The notes under the pieces were generated by a model. That model did no database searches. It saw only the letters and a list, made by a program, of their open reading frames with translations, and was not told the origin of the DNA. Position numbers and translations under genes: made by a program. From Podarcis liolepis (taxonomy: Eukaryota), in assembly GCA_965112155.1 (NCBI GenBank), contig OZ218103.1: a stretch of DNA of 64,000 nt, one strand, 5' to 3'. This document shows, one piece after another, positions 51,291 through 62,584 of the stretch. The first letter of the stretch is position 1. The number at the start of each line of letters is the position of its first letter.

Positions 51291-52627
51291 AATATATTAT
51301 TATTATTACTATTACTATTATTTTGTTGTTGCTGTTGTTGTTGTTGTTGTAACACTTAATCAGACTTAAAACACTTAAAAAGTGCCGCTGATCAATCAGC
51401 AGTTTATTAAAATATTGTCTCCTTGTTCATACAAGTTATAAATGACAAGCAACATCTTAGAAGATGCATTTCCCCTTCGCTCACATAGGGTGGAATGTCT
51501 CCTCTGAAGTGAAACTCACTACAATAGTCATTTGAAACTGACACATTTAACTTACAGGATTTTGATTTTACGCAGTTGACAGCGAGCCAGTTGAATTTGC
51601 ACAAATTAAATGCATGGAAGGCGAAGAGCTTAAACTTTTAAGTTCTCCGCCTTGCTTACCAGGTTCTGGGAGGCTCTGGGAAGATTTCACAGGAACACAC
51701 GTGATCTTGCAAGAGCCACCCAGAGCCCAGTAAGCAAGGCAAAGAGCTTAAAAGCTTTCTGCCTTGTTGAGGGGGGCAGAGTTTAAGGCCCATTTGACAC
51801 ACCAACTCCAGAAAGTAAGAGTGCTAGCATGGGGGTGGTTCCAAGGGAGTGGTTTCACTACACATTTTTGCGCATACACACCACCCCTAGAATATAACCC
51901 TCTGTCTCTCTCTATATAACCCTTGCACAAGACGTGAGATGCTGTATATAAATAAGAACATATAAACACTTTTCTTTAAGACTATTTTTAGTAATACAGA
52001 AACATGCAGATTTAATTACTTGATGAAAATGTGCAATAGACTAAAAATCAGAAGCCAGTTTTTGCTGGAATATCATTGTGCACACAGCCTCAGCAGTGCT
52101 GATCTGTTTAACCTAGGGCACTGTTATAAACATTGCACATGCAGCTCTCTCTCTCTGTGGCTGTCAGATGCTCTAACACACACGAGTACAACAAGGCAGG
52201 TCAGATTCAACCCCATTAAGCCATCCCTGGTCTAACCAAAAGGTTAGTCTATTTGATTATCAAGCTTCCTGGGCTACAACCCAGTCTTTCTTTTGTTCTG
52301 AAACTGTTTTTATTGTGAAGCTTTTGTTCTGAAGGGCAGGTTGAAGTTCATTACAACTCCAACAGATTATTTTTTGGCATCCTGGGGCATATTTTTCTGG
52401 GGAAATCTCTAAACAAGAAAATGCATACTTCCTGGTCTTCGTTGTAATACCAATTTGAGCTTTTTACCCAACAGAAAATCACCTTTGTGCATGCAACACT
52501 AATGTCTCACAACAAATGAAACTGATCTGTAGAAAACATAACTTGAAAAAAAGAGACAATGCACGTATTTTTGTAAACTAGGAAATCTTTAATAAAAAGA
52601 AAGAAAATCACCTTTGTTTCCCTAGTC

Positions 52628-52756
52628 CAGGCATAGGCAAACTCGCCCCTCCAGATGTTTTGGGACTACAACTCCCATCATCCCTAGCTAACAGGGCCAG
52701 TGGTCAGGGATGATGGTGGTCCCAAAAATCTGAAGGGCCGAGTTTGCCTATGCCTG
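52628..52756. mobile_element. hAT-family MITE
   Basis: TIR CAGGCATAGGCAAACTC ... GAGTTTGCCTATGCCTG; perfect 8-bp TSD ccctagtc. Confidence 0.9.
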
Positions 52757-53919
52757 CCCTAGTCCCTGTGAGAAATGAGATATGACTGACCAAAGACCTC
52801 AAAATGCCAGGGTGCATTTGATGTAAAGGAATAGGCCCTAATCTACTTTGTCCTCAGCTACAATTCAGCTGACTGGATAACCATCCATGGCAGTGTAATT
52901 GGATGCTGCTAGTCAGACACAGAATTAAGTGTGTTCTAATGAGGTTCCAATATTATTCTTGGAAATGGATCAAAGCTGTAGTTAATCACACAAAACCTAT
53001 GGCTACCTTACCATCATGGTGTAAGAAAATGTGCCCATGAATGTATCACTGCACTGATCTCGCTGGTAGTCTTAAAATGGCAGGGAGACAACCTATAACA
53101 GTGACAGAAGATAAGCCACCACAATACCAGTATTTGCCCTACTGAAGTAAATCGGGCTGGAACAGCAAGCAATCAAGAGGTTATATTAATACAATCAAGA
53201 GGTTATAATAAATCAATAGGTTATAATATTGTATTACTAAACTAATATTGTGGATTTAAACTCAAAATTTGAGATAAATGAAAGCTAGTTTCCAATCTTA
53301 AATTTAGCTTAGCTCCAAGACACACACTTTGCATTATGACAACTTTTCAACAGAAATGTGTTATTTAGCCACAAACTGAAATAAACAAATACAGAAAATG
53401 GTAGCTATGCCCGTTTTTAAAATTAGTTTACAACTTAGTTCTTGCTCACTGGAAATCTTATAATTATTTGGACCAGTTTGAATTAATAATGCTCTATAAT
53501 AAAAGGCTAATACCTCAATCCTACATCTACTCAGATGTAAATCCCATTGAATTTAGTGAAGCTTACTTTCAGGTAAGTGGATCTAGGACTGAACAATAAA
53601 TATAACTCTTTCCATTAAGAAAATTCCAGTGGATTGATATGATGACATTTAGTAAATTACACAAAGTTCTACCAGATAAAAAGATCAAAGTAAAAATAAC
53701 AAGAATCTCAAAGACTTCTCATAGAAATAAATGCAACTAAAATTAACCATACCCTTTAGATCTAGTATGTATTAAAAACTGGCTGAAGTTCAAATTCATG
53801 GCTGTAGGTAAAACTGTAGGTGGCATAACAATTATTCTCCTGGAAAATCAAACCACTGAGTAAAAGTGACTAATTTCCAGAAAGGCAGTTTTCTATCTTC
53901 AGAAGAGAGATGTTCCTAC

Positions 53920-54056
53920 CACGTGTGGGGAACCTCTGGCTTTCCAGATATTGCTGAACTATAAGTCCCATCATCTCTGGCCACTGGCCATGCTTGCTGG
54001 GGTTGGTGGGAGTTGTAGTTCAGAAACATTTAGAGAGCCAAAAGTTCCTCAACCTT
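53920..54056. mobile_element. Degraded hAT-type palindromic MITE
   Basis: ggggaacctctggctttccaga ... tagagagccaaaagttcctc arms; ctgaactata / tgtagttcag. Confidence 0.6.
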
Positions 54057-54949
54057 GTTTTATATTAAGGGCCTTCCAATGGGCAGAGAGAGAAGAGATT
54101 GCATGTACTCCAATATAACTCAGAATGCACTGAATTCAACAGGTAGTACTTCCAAGGGTGCATCTGATCGCAGCAGAATAGCCTCCCCAAATAACACTAT
54201 TTGCACATTGGGCATCTCTTAGTAAAGGAAGCATTTCTGCTAACAACTATGGTTGACTACAACTGTTTCAGATCAGAAAGTGTTCATTCCTACTTCAGAA
54301 CTAACATGATACTTCAAAGTATATTGTTATTAGAGTCACACAGGCCTGTATATGAATCAGAAGCATCACAAACAGGGGGGAAATAACCATGTCTGCACTT
54401 TTGATTGGTACATCCACTCTGAGAGAAAGGAGAGATCTTATACACATTAGCTGTTTTGTTTACATGAAACATTAATTCCTCCGGTTCCGCCTTCAAAGGC
54501 AGGAAAATTGTATTCATTTGGATAGCCAATGACTAAGTGAGTCATCAACCTTTACTCTAATTTCCACTGGATAAAATAAAAGCATAATATGTTTTTCAAG
54601 TTCAGGAAGTACACTGCCCCATCAGCATTCCTGTAGGCAATTTAGAAATCAACACAGGAGCCAATTCCTCTCTAAAGTGTGTTACACAAGCATACGTGTG
54701 CATATACACATACACAGGTCTCATCAGTGTATCTTATCACAATCCAAAACTGGGGTAGTAGTAGTTCTGTCACTTACTTCCTGCTTTTTAAAACACGCTT
54801 ATTAACACCCCCCCCCTCATTAGACAAGACGCTCCAGAAGCCTTTCTGAACTAAAGCTTCTTTACTGGGTCAGGATCGGTTTAGGGCATGAGATGCCCAA
54901 GCGTAAAAGCAGACACAGATGCCAAGGGAGGTGAAGAGAGATCTCAGGT

Positions 54950-56200
54950 CGATCCGCATCTAGGTTAAGGTGATCACGGATAGAGAGGTTTAACCGGTAG
55001 CATGCCGGTGCGCAGCCGTCCCCCGCCACTGCAGAAAAGATCGGGATGGGGAGATGCTGTGTCGAAAAACACATAATAAGGGCGATGACCAGCGGAGGGG
55101 GGAACACAAGGCGCCTATAACGGGGGCATTAGACACACAGCGCGCTGGGGACAAAACGGAGCTCGAGAGACCGGGCAGGAGGATGTCCTTAACTCCGGGG
55201 AGGCCCAGGGATGCTCGACCTTCCCCCAGGGTGGCCGGGCGAGCCCTGCCGCTTACCGTGGCTGTCCTTCTGGCCGATGCCCTGCGTGCGGATCAGAGCC
55301 GACAGCCGCCTGACGTCCCCCTTGAAGACGCACTCGTGCACGGGGAACTGCGCCGACGGGCCCTTGTCCGGCTCGGCGGCGGCGGACCCGCCGGTTCCCC
55401 CCTTGAGCGGCAGCCGGTGGTGGTTGGTGGTGAAGATGCGGTGGCTCCCGGCGCGGCCGCTCTTGCCGCCCCCCGGCCGGCCCCCGGTGAAGGCTCCCCC
55501 GCCGCCGCTGCCTGGCGCGGCCGCCGCCTCTTCCTCTCCGGGCGCCAGCAGGTCCCCGTCCTCCTTGCTGGGCTTGTGGTCCCTGCGCAGCGAGCGCAGC
55601 TTCTCTCCGGTCATCGCCAGCGGCGGCCCCGGGCGCTGGGGGGCCCCGGCGGGGAGAAGCGGCGCCGCAGTCGCTGCCGCGGGGGGCTCGGCGAGCTCAG
55701 AGCCGCGGCGGAGGGTCTCTTCCGGGCTGCAGCATCCCCCCTTCCCGCCGCACACACTCGCCGCCCGCCGCCCAGGGACTCCCCGCAGGCCGAGGGGGCT
55801 CCGCGCTCCTTCCGAACCGCCTTCCACCTGCCGCTACTCTCAGCGGCTAGACCGCACCGCCATCTTGTCGGAGGGGTCTCGCGAGAGCGGAGCGGCTCCG
55901 CCGGGCGAGACCCAGGCGCTCTCGCGAGATGGTGACCTCCGGCCCCTGCCGTGGGAAGGAGGCGAGAGTCCCGGCGGGACGCACTGGGCTGTTCCGAAGG
56001 CGGGGTCGCTGCTCTGAGCGACGGGGGGGGGGGGGGGGCGGTTCTGGCTGGCTCACCTGTGGCCGCCCAGGTGCTGCCAGACTCCCAGTCCTCGCTACGC
56101 GTATGCACGTGGAGTGCTGGTGGGAGCCGGAGCCCAGGAACAGCTGGAGGCCTTGCAGGATGGCAGCCAACTCCACGGGCCGAGGTCCCTTTGCCCCGCC
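54950..56200 (-). promoter_or_regulatory. CpG island / ANKRD13C promoter
   Basis: Very GC/CpG-rich; two perfect TCTCGCGAGA palindromes (55877-55886, 55920-55929) and YY1 AAGATGGCGG on the minus strand (55857-55866). Confidence 0.85.
55257..55614 (-). CDS. ANKRD13C: ANKRD13C coding exon 1
   Basis: MTGEKLRSLRRDHKPSKEDGDLL...FPVHECVFKGDVRRLSALIRTQGIGQKDSH; donor G|GTAAGC; 358 nt. Confidence 0.96.
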
Positions 56201-56982
56201 CCTAAAATATTTTAGGGATCGTCCCCCCAAAAAAATTAATCGCCATTGCCAATCAAATGATGTTCGTGTGTGCCGCATCTTGTGATCGATTATTCAGGTT
56301 GGCACCCCTGATTTTGCAGATGAGTCTCTCCCAGGAGAGGAAGGGATGAAGGTTGCATTTGCCTGCTTTTTTCCGTGGCACACTTTTCATGGGAGTGGGA
56401 GGCGTGCACATGGCCGGTGGCAGTGGAAACGGGTGCAGAGTGGGGCTGCGGAATAGAAGACAGGAAAGGCTTTAGAGTTGGGGTAGGGGAAAGTGAGCTT
56501 AGTAGTCGCATGTGGTGGGAAGGGAGAAGCTCTGGCGGTTAGTCTTGGCGAGTGGAGTGAGCCTCCTAGTTAATTCATCATTTCTTCTCTTCTTTAGGAC
56601 TGCAGCACGAAACATACTGGGAAGAAAGCCTCATTATTTATTTATTTTTTACACCACCGTTTATCCGAGGATCACAGGGCGGTTTACAAATAAAAACACG
56701 GAAATGTGTAGCATTGGAACAAACAAAAACAACAACACCCCCACCCCCGTTTAAAAGTCCTGGGAGAAGAGGAATGATCTCAATGATTTATTTACAAGTA
56801 AATATGTAGATGTTAAGATTTCAAATGCTGTTATTCCTTGGGTTCCAAGAATCGTCCTTCAGTAAAACTTAATCCTGGTTTTGTTCATTTCTAATACATT
56901 TCAACTTTCCATTGTGTTTGAAATGGTCTATTCTTACTTGAAAAATGAAATTGGTTTATTTTATCCATGCTAATCTGGAAGT

Positions 56983-57336
56983 GGGACACGGGTGACGCTG
57001 TGGGTTAAACCACAAAGCCTAGGACTGATTAGAAGGTCAGCGGTTCGAATCCCCGCAGCGGGGTGAGCACCCGTTGCTCGTCCCTGCTCCTGCCAACCTA
57101 GCAGTTCGAAAGCACATCAAAGTGCAAGTAAATAAATAGGTACCTCTCCGCTTCGACAGGAAGGTAAACAACGTTTCCATGCGCTGCTCTGGTTCACCAG
57201 AAGCAGCTTAGTCATGCTGGCCACATAACCCGGAAGCTGTACGCTGGCTCCATCGGCCAGAAAAGCGAGATGAGCGCCGCAACCCCAGAGTCGGTCACAA
57301 CTGGACCTGTGGTCAGGGGTCCCTTTACCTTTACTT
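56983..57336 (+). mobile_element. Sauria SINE, full length
   Basis: GGGACACGGGTGACGCTGTGGGTTAAACCAC ... GGGGTCCCTTTACCTTTAC; TSD taa(t/c)ctggaag. Confidence 0.9.
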
Positions 57337-57858
57337 TAACCTGGAAGCACCACTTGTTTCAATGTAATTTTCTTCCATCAGGTTTGTAGCATCAGGTTGC
57401 AGTCTATACAAACTTACTTTCAATAAAGTCCACTGAAATAAATTGAACTTTTTGAGTATATATGTATCAAATCTGGTGGTTCTATTTTTATGTAAAAATC
57501 AACAAAAAATAGTATTGGATCGACATTTTCAAATTTCTCATTGCATTACTCAAAATGAGTTTTGAAACTACTACAATGCTGCATTTCCAGTTTACTATAG
57601 TGGGTCACAGACAATATGAGTTCTGCAGTTTCCTGAGTCATACAAACACCAGGAGATTTAGAATGCTGACTCTGTGGCAGGTTGATGCATCCACTAGAAA
57701 TATGAGTCAGCTGAGTTAAAGAAGTTCACCTCAGAATAGTCAGAAACAAAACTTCACTTAGCACCTTGTCTGTAATTCATGGATGCTCATAATGCATTAA
57801 AGTATTTATGAATATCCCCCCATTCACATGGGAAGCAAATATTGTATTCATATACAGA

Positions 57859-58178
57859 AGCATAAGAAACTGCCTTATACAATTTCAAACCATTGATCCA
57901 TCTACTGTTGTCTACACCAGGCATCCCCAAACTTGGCCCTCCAGATGTTTTGGGACTACAGTTCCCATCATCCATGACCACTGGTCCTGTTAGCTAAGGA
58001 TGAAGGGAGTTGTAGTCCCAAAACATCTGGAGGGCCAAGTTTGGGGGTGCCTGGTCTACACTGACTGGCAGCAGCTCTCCAGGGTTTCAGATGGGGTCTT
58101 TCTCAGCCCTGCCTAAAGATGTCAGGAATTGAACCTTCGCCCTTCTGCATGCACAGGAGATGATATACTACTCAGCTA
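57859..58178 (-). mobile_element. Older tRNA-head SINE interrupted by a hAT MITE
   Basis: Minus strand ATAGCTGAGTAGT...GGTTCAATTCC head and CR1-like tail GTATAAGGCAGTTTCTTATG. Confidence 0.6.
57918..58053. mobile_element. hAT-family MITE (near-perfect palindrome)
   Basis: CAGGCATCCCCAAACTTGGCCCTCCAGATGTTTTGGGACTACA ... TGTAGTCCCAAAACATCTGGAGGGCCAAGTTTGGGGGTGCCTG; perfect 8-bp TSD gtctacac. Confidence 0.92.
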
Positions 58179-59072
58179 TCCTGTTTACTGGTTTATGGAA
58201 TCAAAGAGATGGAATCATTATGCCTGCTTTATATTTTCTCCCAGTTCTTCACCATGCTAAGAGCATAGGCCATGTGATACTTGGGGACTTAAGGGCTTCA
58301 AAGGCCTAAAGGTTTTTAGGATCATTCCAGAAAGCCAAATAACTCAACACAGATACCTAAGGATTGCCACTAAAAAAAAAACACCAGAAAACTCTACAGT
58401 GTTGTAAACCTCAGCTTCAGCTTCAAGCATTAGCAGGAGGCAATACTTCGCTCTGTGCTGCGAAAGCAACTTCTGATTTCTTGCCGACCAAGCTGCTGTT
58501 AAATGCACAGGAACAGGCCAGAGTTCTTTTCTGGTTAGTTGACAGCCTTACAGATGTTGAATCTCAGAGAAGTAGATTTGTTAAAAGGGTATGTTATTAA
58601 TAGAATAAGAATTAATACAGCAAACAAACAGAAAACCTAGCAGCTCTTAACTCATTTTCAATTGGAACACACCTTGAATTCAGCTCAACAATGCTGAACC
58701 CCTGCATCTTTTTTTTCAGTATCAAGGTTAGATAAGTAGTAATTAATAAAAGTGCACCTAAACACGTGCATAATGCCTTTCTCTTAGCTCTTAGTAACCA
58801 CAGCCATTCCTAACACATCTGAGGTTAGAGGAAAGGGATTTAATATCAGAGGCTGTTGCTTAAAGACGAAAAGTTTTCCAGCACTGCTCATTGTCATTTA
58901 GAAATAAAGTGGTGAGCTGGACAGCACCAAATAGAGAACAGCTTGATCATGAACAAAGCCACTTTTTAGAACATACCTGAAGCAAACTCACCTGCTTATT
59001 CACTAAAGCTGCATCCATGTAACCAGGTCTACAGGATTTGAGTCCCTGTTTACAATGCAAATATTGTTAATA

Positions 59073-59314
59073 CAGTGGTACCTCAGGTTAAGTACTTAAT
59101 TCATTCCAGAGGTCCGTTCTTAACCTGAAACTGTTCTTAACCTGAAGCACCACTTTAGCTAATGGGGCCTCCTGCTGCTGCCGCGCCGCCGGAGCACGAT
59201 TTCTGTTCTCATCCTGAAGCAAAGTTCTTAACCTGAAGCACTATTTCTGGGTTAGCGGAGTCTGTAACCTGAAGCGTTTGTAACCTGAAGTGTTTGTAAC
59301 CTGAGGTACCACTG
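59073..59314. mobile_element. Tc1/mariner (Tigger-like) MITE
   Basis: TA|CAGTGGTACCTCAGGTTA ... TAACCTGAGGTACCACTG|TA; internal TAACCTGAAG repeats. Confidence 0.9.
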
Positions 59315-59789
59315 TAGAAACAAGCTGGCTGAATTTGCCTCATGACGTGTAACTGCTTGAAAACAATGTAATCCCATTCTTTCTATCTTTTATAACTTTG
59401 TACTGTACTCCAAATGGCAAAATTGTACAGAGAAACAGCCCCACCCTAATCATGTTTACTTGGAAGTGAGTCACACGGGGGGGGGGAGTGATTCACTTCC
59501 AAGTAAGTTTGGTTAGTATAAGAGCCAAAAAAAATTAAAGCACAATTCTATACATGTGTTCTTAACAGCATAAATGAGTACAGTGGGGCATACCCCCAGG
59601 TAAGTGGGTATAAGATTGCAGTATGAAGATTGTGTGTGTGTGGTAAATTGTCTCTTGTCATCATCAGATGACTGCCGTGATTAGTGGTTGTGGGCATTGA
59701 ACTCCCATGATTCCTGCATTGCTGAAAGGCTCTAGAAAAGGGATGGGAAAGTTTTTTAAAACCAAGGGTTGCATTGCCTAAACTTTCCA

Positions 59790-60200
59790 CTCTCCTGTGT
59801 TAATATCTACATGAAACTTTTGGGCATGGGCATTCTGGGATTTGGCGTGGATCAGTATTATATCCACTTCTCCTTTTCCATGTGAACCACATGAACCAAT
59901 CTCCCTATGAAGCGCCTTCTAAGGATCCTTAGAGTTTAGGATTGGAAATGAACTGGCCGAGGGTGAATAAACTGAAACTCAATCCAAGCAAGGAGTTGTT
60001 CTTAGATTGCAGCCCTAGAGTGGTGAAAATGCCTGTCTCAGATGGGCACATACTGTTCCCCAAAATATGGGATTTGTAGATTGGGATCCACTCATCCTTG
60101 ATGGCTGGGCTAAGGCTTTGCCCAAGACCATGTTCTATCAACTTATCTGCAATAATAAACATGACTGCCATTTTAAGCATGCTTTGTTAGTGATCCCCAC
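59790..60200 (+). mobile_element. Highly degraded L2-clade LINE fragment
   Basis: aactggccgagggtgaataaactgaaactcaatccaagcaag resembles the W..NKLKLNP.K motif. Confidence 0.5.
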
Positions 60201-60716
60201 CAAATTGCTAGTGGGCTTCCTATTAGCCCCTGGCTGGTCACTATGACAACAGAATGCTGGACTTTATAGGCCTTTTGTGTAATGCAGCGGGACTCCTCTT
60301 ATGATGATTGCCAGATTGCTTACTGCCCCTGGTTCATATTCCTTTTATCAGTAGATTACTCACATGCTGATTCCTGCAATTCAGCCTCCTGTTAAGAACA
60401 CAGGAGCAGGAGAGCAATTTTCCTCCCTATCTCTTGATATTTCGAAAACTTGCTACTGGGTAGTAAGTGCCATTGAACACATTTTGGAGCTATGATTAGA
60501 GGGGAAGTTGCAATTTTTAAGGAACTGAGACTTTAAAGCCTTGGAAAGTGTGGCTGTATGGCACTATAGTAAAAATAAACAAATCCCCATCTCCCCTCCC
60601 AACAAGCAACACCACATCATTAGGCAATTTCCAGAGGGGTAGCCATATTCATCTGTTGCAGCATAACGAGCCCCCCAAATGGGCTTGGATAGACCCATTG
60701 AATTCAATGGATATGC

Positions 60717-61001
60717 TAGGGTTGCCATATGTCCGGAAATTTCCAGACACAGCTGGTATTCAGCCCCCTAAAGCAGTGTCTGTGTGGAAATCACTGAAAT
60801 GTCCAGGAAAATCCAGACATATGGCAACCCATGTCTGAAGTATAGATTTTGCCGAATTTCCTTAAAAGCAGCTCAAAAACCTCATTTTTTTCCAGATTTT
60901 GCAAAGAAAAAACAAAACAAAAAGCTCAGTAACTTTTGGCAAAAAAAGTGCTCCACAACTTTTATGTCCAGATTTTCACTTTTTGAAATATGGCAACACT
61001 A
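60717..61001. mobile_element. hAT (Blackjack-like) MITE
   Basis: TIR TAGGGTTGCCATA ... TATGGCAACACTA; 8-bp TSD ggatatgc / ggatatga. Confidence 0.8.
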
Positions 61002-61649
61002 GGATATGACCAGCGTAGGTCAGTGGGGCTGCTCTAGCCTACCTGGATGCAACTAATATGAACAAACTGATAATAGCAGAAGCTTTTGAGAACTACAGTC
61101 TACATCATACATACATACAAGAGTGGTGGTGGTGGTGGCTAATTGTAAGCAGTGGGCTCAGAAGCAAAGGAAAGGCAGAAAAATACATGGCGAGAAAAAC
61201 ATAGTTTATTTCCTTTGTTTTTAAGTCAAGTTTAAGAGTTAGCTACCTTCAGGCCTGGTCCCAGATTGGGGGTGTGGGGCTTAGCTGCTCCCCCAGCACT
61301 CTCCCTTGGCCACTCTGGCAGGTGCCGCTGCTGCAGCTGCCAACTCCCCACCTCCTGGCACCCTGAAACCGCTTGCAGCTTGTGAACTCGATTGGTGTTG
61401 GTGGCTATTTCAAAATAAAAAATGCCAGCACTGCATTTGCCCTTTTCTTTTTCTGGGGGGAGGGGGGAGAGAGACACGTGTTCAGAGAATTCAGGGAGGC
61501 AAAGGAGCAAAATCCTAGGGTCCGAGATCTCAATAAAATATTTGAGGGCGGCGGCCCCCCCACCCCCAAAGTTGTTGGGCAATGCCATTCAAATAGTGTG
61601 CGTGTTGTGATCGGTTATGGGAATGGGGCTTACCTAGCCCCCCGCCCCC

Positions 61650-62420
61650 CAAATCTTTTATTCAAGTGGGGGGGTGCTGCAGGGAGGACGGGCTGTTGTT
61701 ATCTGTCGTCGAAGCTGCTTGGCTCGCTGCCGATGGCAGGCAGTGCACCTTCGCCCCGGGCCCCAGCCGACGGCCCCACGCCGCCCTCTCTGCTCCCCGA
61801 CCCCGAGTCCACCCCGGTCGCGGCGCGACGCGCCTCCGCCAAGCGCCAATGAGGGACCCCGGCCGGGCCAGCGCGTGGCGGGATAGGGCTGCCCCATCTC
61901 CACCCACCGCCAGGCGAGGCGACTCACTGGCCGGGCGGCTCGCCGGGGTGGAGCTTCGCCCGCCTTAAGGCAGCTGCCCCTGCCAGCCACAGGGAAGCCG
62001 GCGAGCCGCGCAGGAGAGAATAGGCAAATCTGACCCGAGATTGCACCAGCGCTCCTCCTCGCCCTCGCCCTCGGACGTGCTCGAGCCAGCGGCATCCGCA
62101 GCAGCGACCCCAGTTCACCCCGCGGAGCCAAGAGCCCAGCGCCGCCGCTCCTCCGACACCCAGGAAGGAAGGATCGCTTGCCGCCGAAATGGAGAACGCC
62201 AAGCAGAAGCACGCCGGTTTCCTGCCGCCCTTCAGGCACTTCGCCACGCAGGCCATCCACGCGGGGCAAGAGCCCGACCAATGGAAGTCCCTGGCCGTGG
62301 TGCCCCCCATCTCCCTCGCCACCACCTTCAAGCAGCAGGCGCCGGGGCGGCACAGCGTGAGTGAGGCGGATGGGGCAAGCAAGGCTTCAGAGCCGGGCAT
62401 GTGGGGGAAAGGGCGGGACT
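61650..62420 (+). promoter_or_regulatory. CpG island / CTH promoter
   Basis: GC/CpG-rich; CCAAT at 61846-61850 and GC boxes upstream of the CTH ATG. Confidence 0.8.
62189..62356 (+). CDS. CTH: Cystathionine gamma-lyase exon 1 (gene continues beyond the window)
   Basis: MENAKQKHAGFLPPFRHFATQAIHAGQEPDQWKSLAVVPPISLATTFKQQAPGRHS, the CTH N-terminus; donor AGC|GTGAGT; 168 nt; syntenic position. Confidence 0.95.
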
Positions 62421-62452
62421 TGGAGGGAGAGGGTCCTTCTCTGTCTTCACAC

Positions 62453-62584
62453 AATCGTAGAATTGGAAGGGACCTCTAGGGTCATCTAGTCCAATCCCCT
62501 GCGATGCAGGAATCTTTTTGCGCCACGTGGGGCTCGAACCCGGGACCTTGAGGCCAAGAGTCCTATGCGTCTACCGACTGAGCT
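62453..62584 (-). mobile_element. tRNA(Lys)-derived SINE with CR1 3' tail (Squam2-like)
   Basis: Reverse complement AGCTCAGTCGGTAGA...GGGTTCGAGCCCCACG + GGACTAGATGACCCTAGAGGTCCCTTCCAATTCTACGATT. Confidence 0.8.

Noticed and set aside
55054-56285. Many long overlapping ORFs (up to 293 aa) on both strands, including a possible HHLA3-like antisense gene
   Set aside because: GC-rich CpG island with few stop codons; Pro/Arg/Gly low-complexity translations; only the ANKRD13C exon 1 frame is recognisable
61232-62454. ORFs of 100-231 aa around the CTH promoter
   Set aside because: GC-rich, no recognisable domains; only 62189-62356 matches CTH
62515-62584. tRNA-Lys-like gene
   Set aside because: Degenerate acceptor and anticodon arms, fused to a CR1-like tail; it is a SINE head
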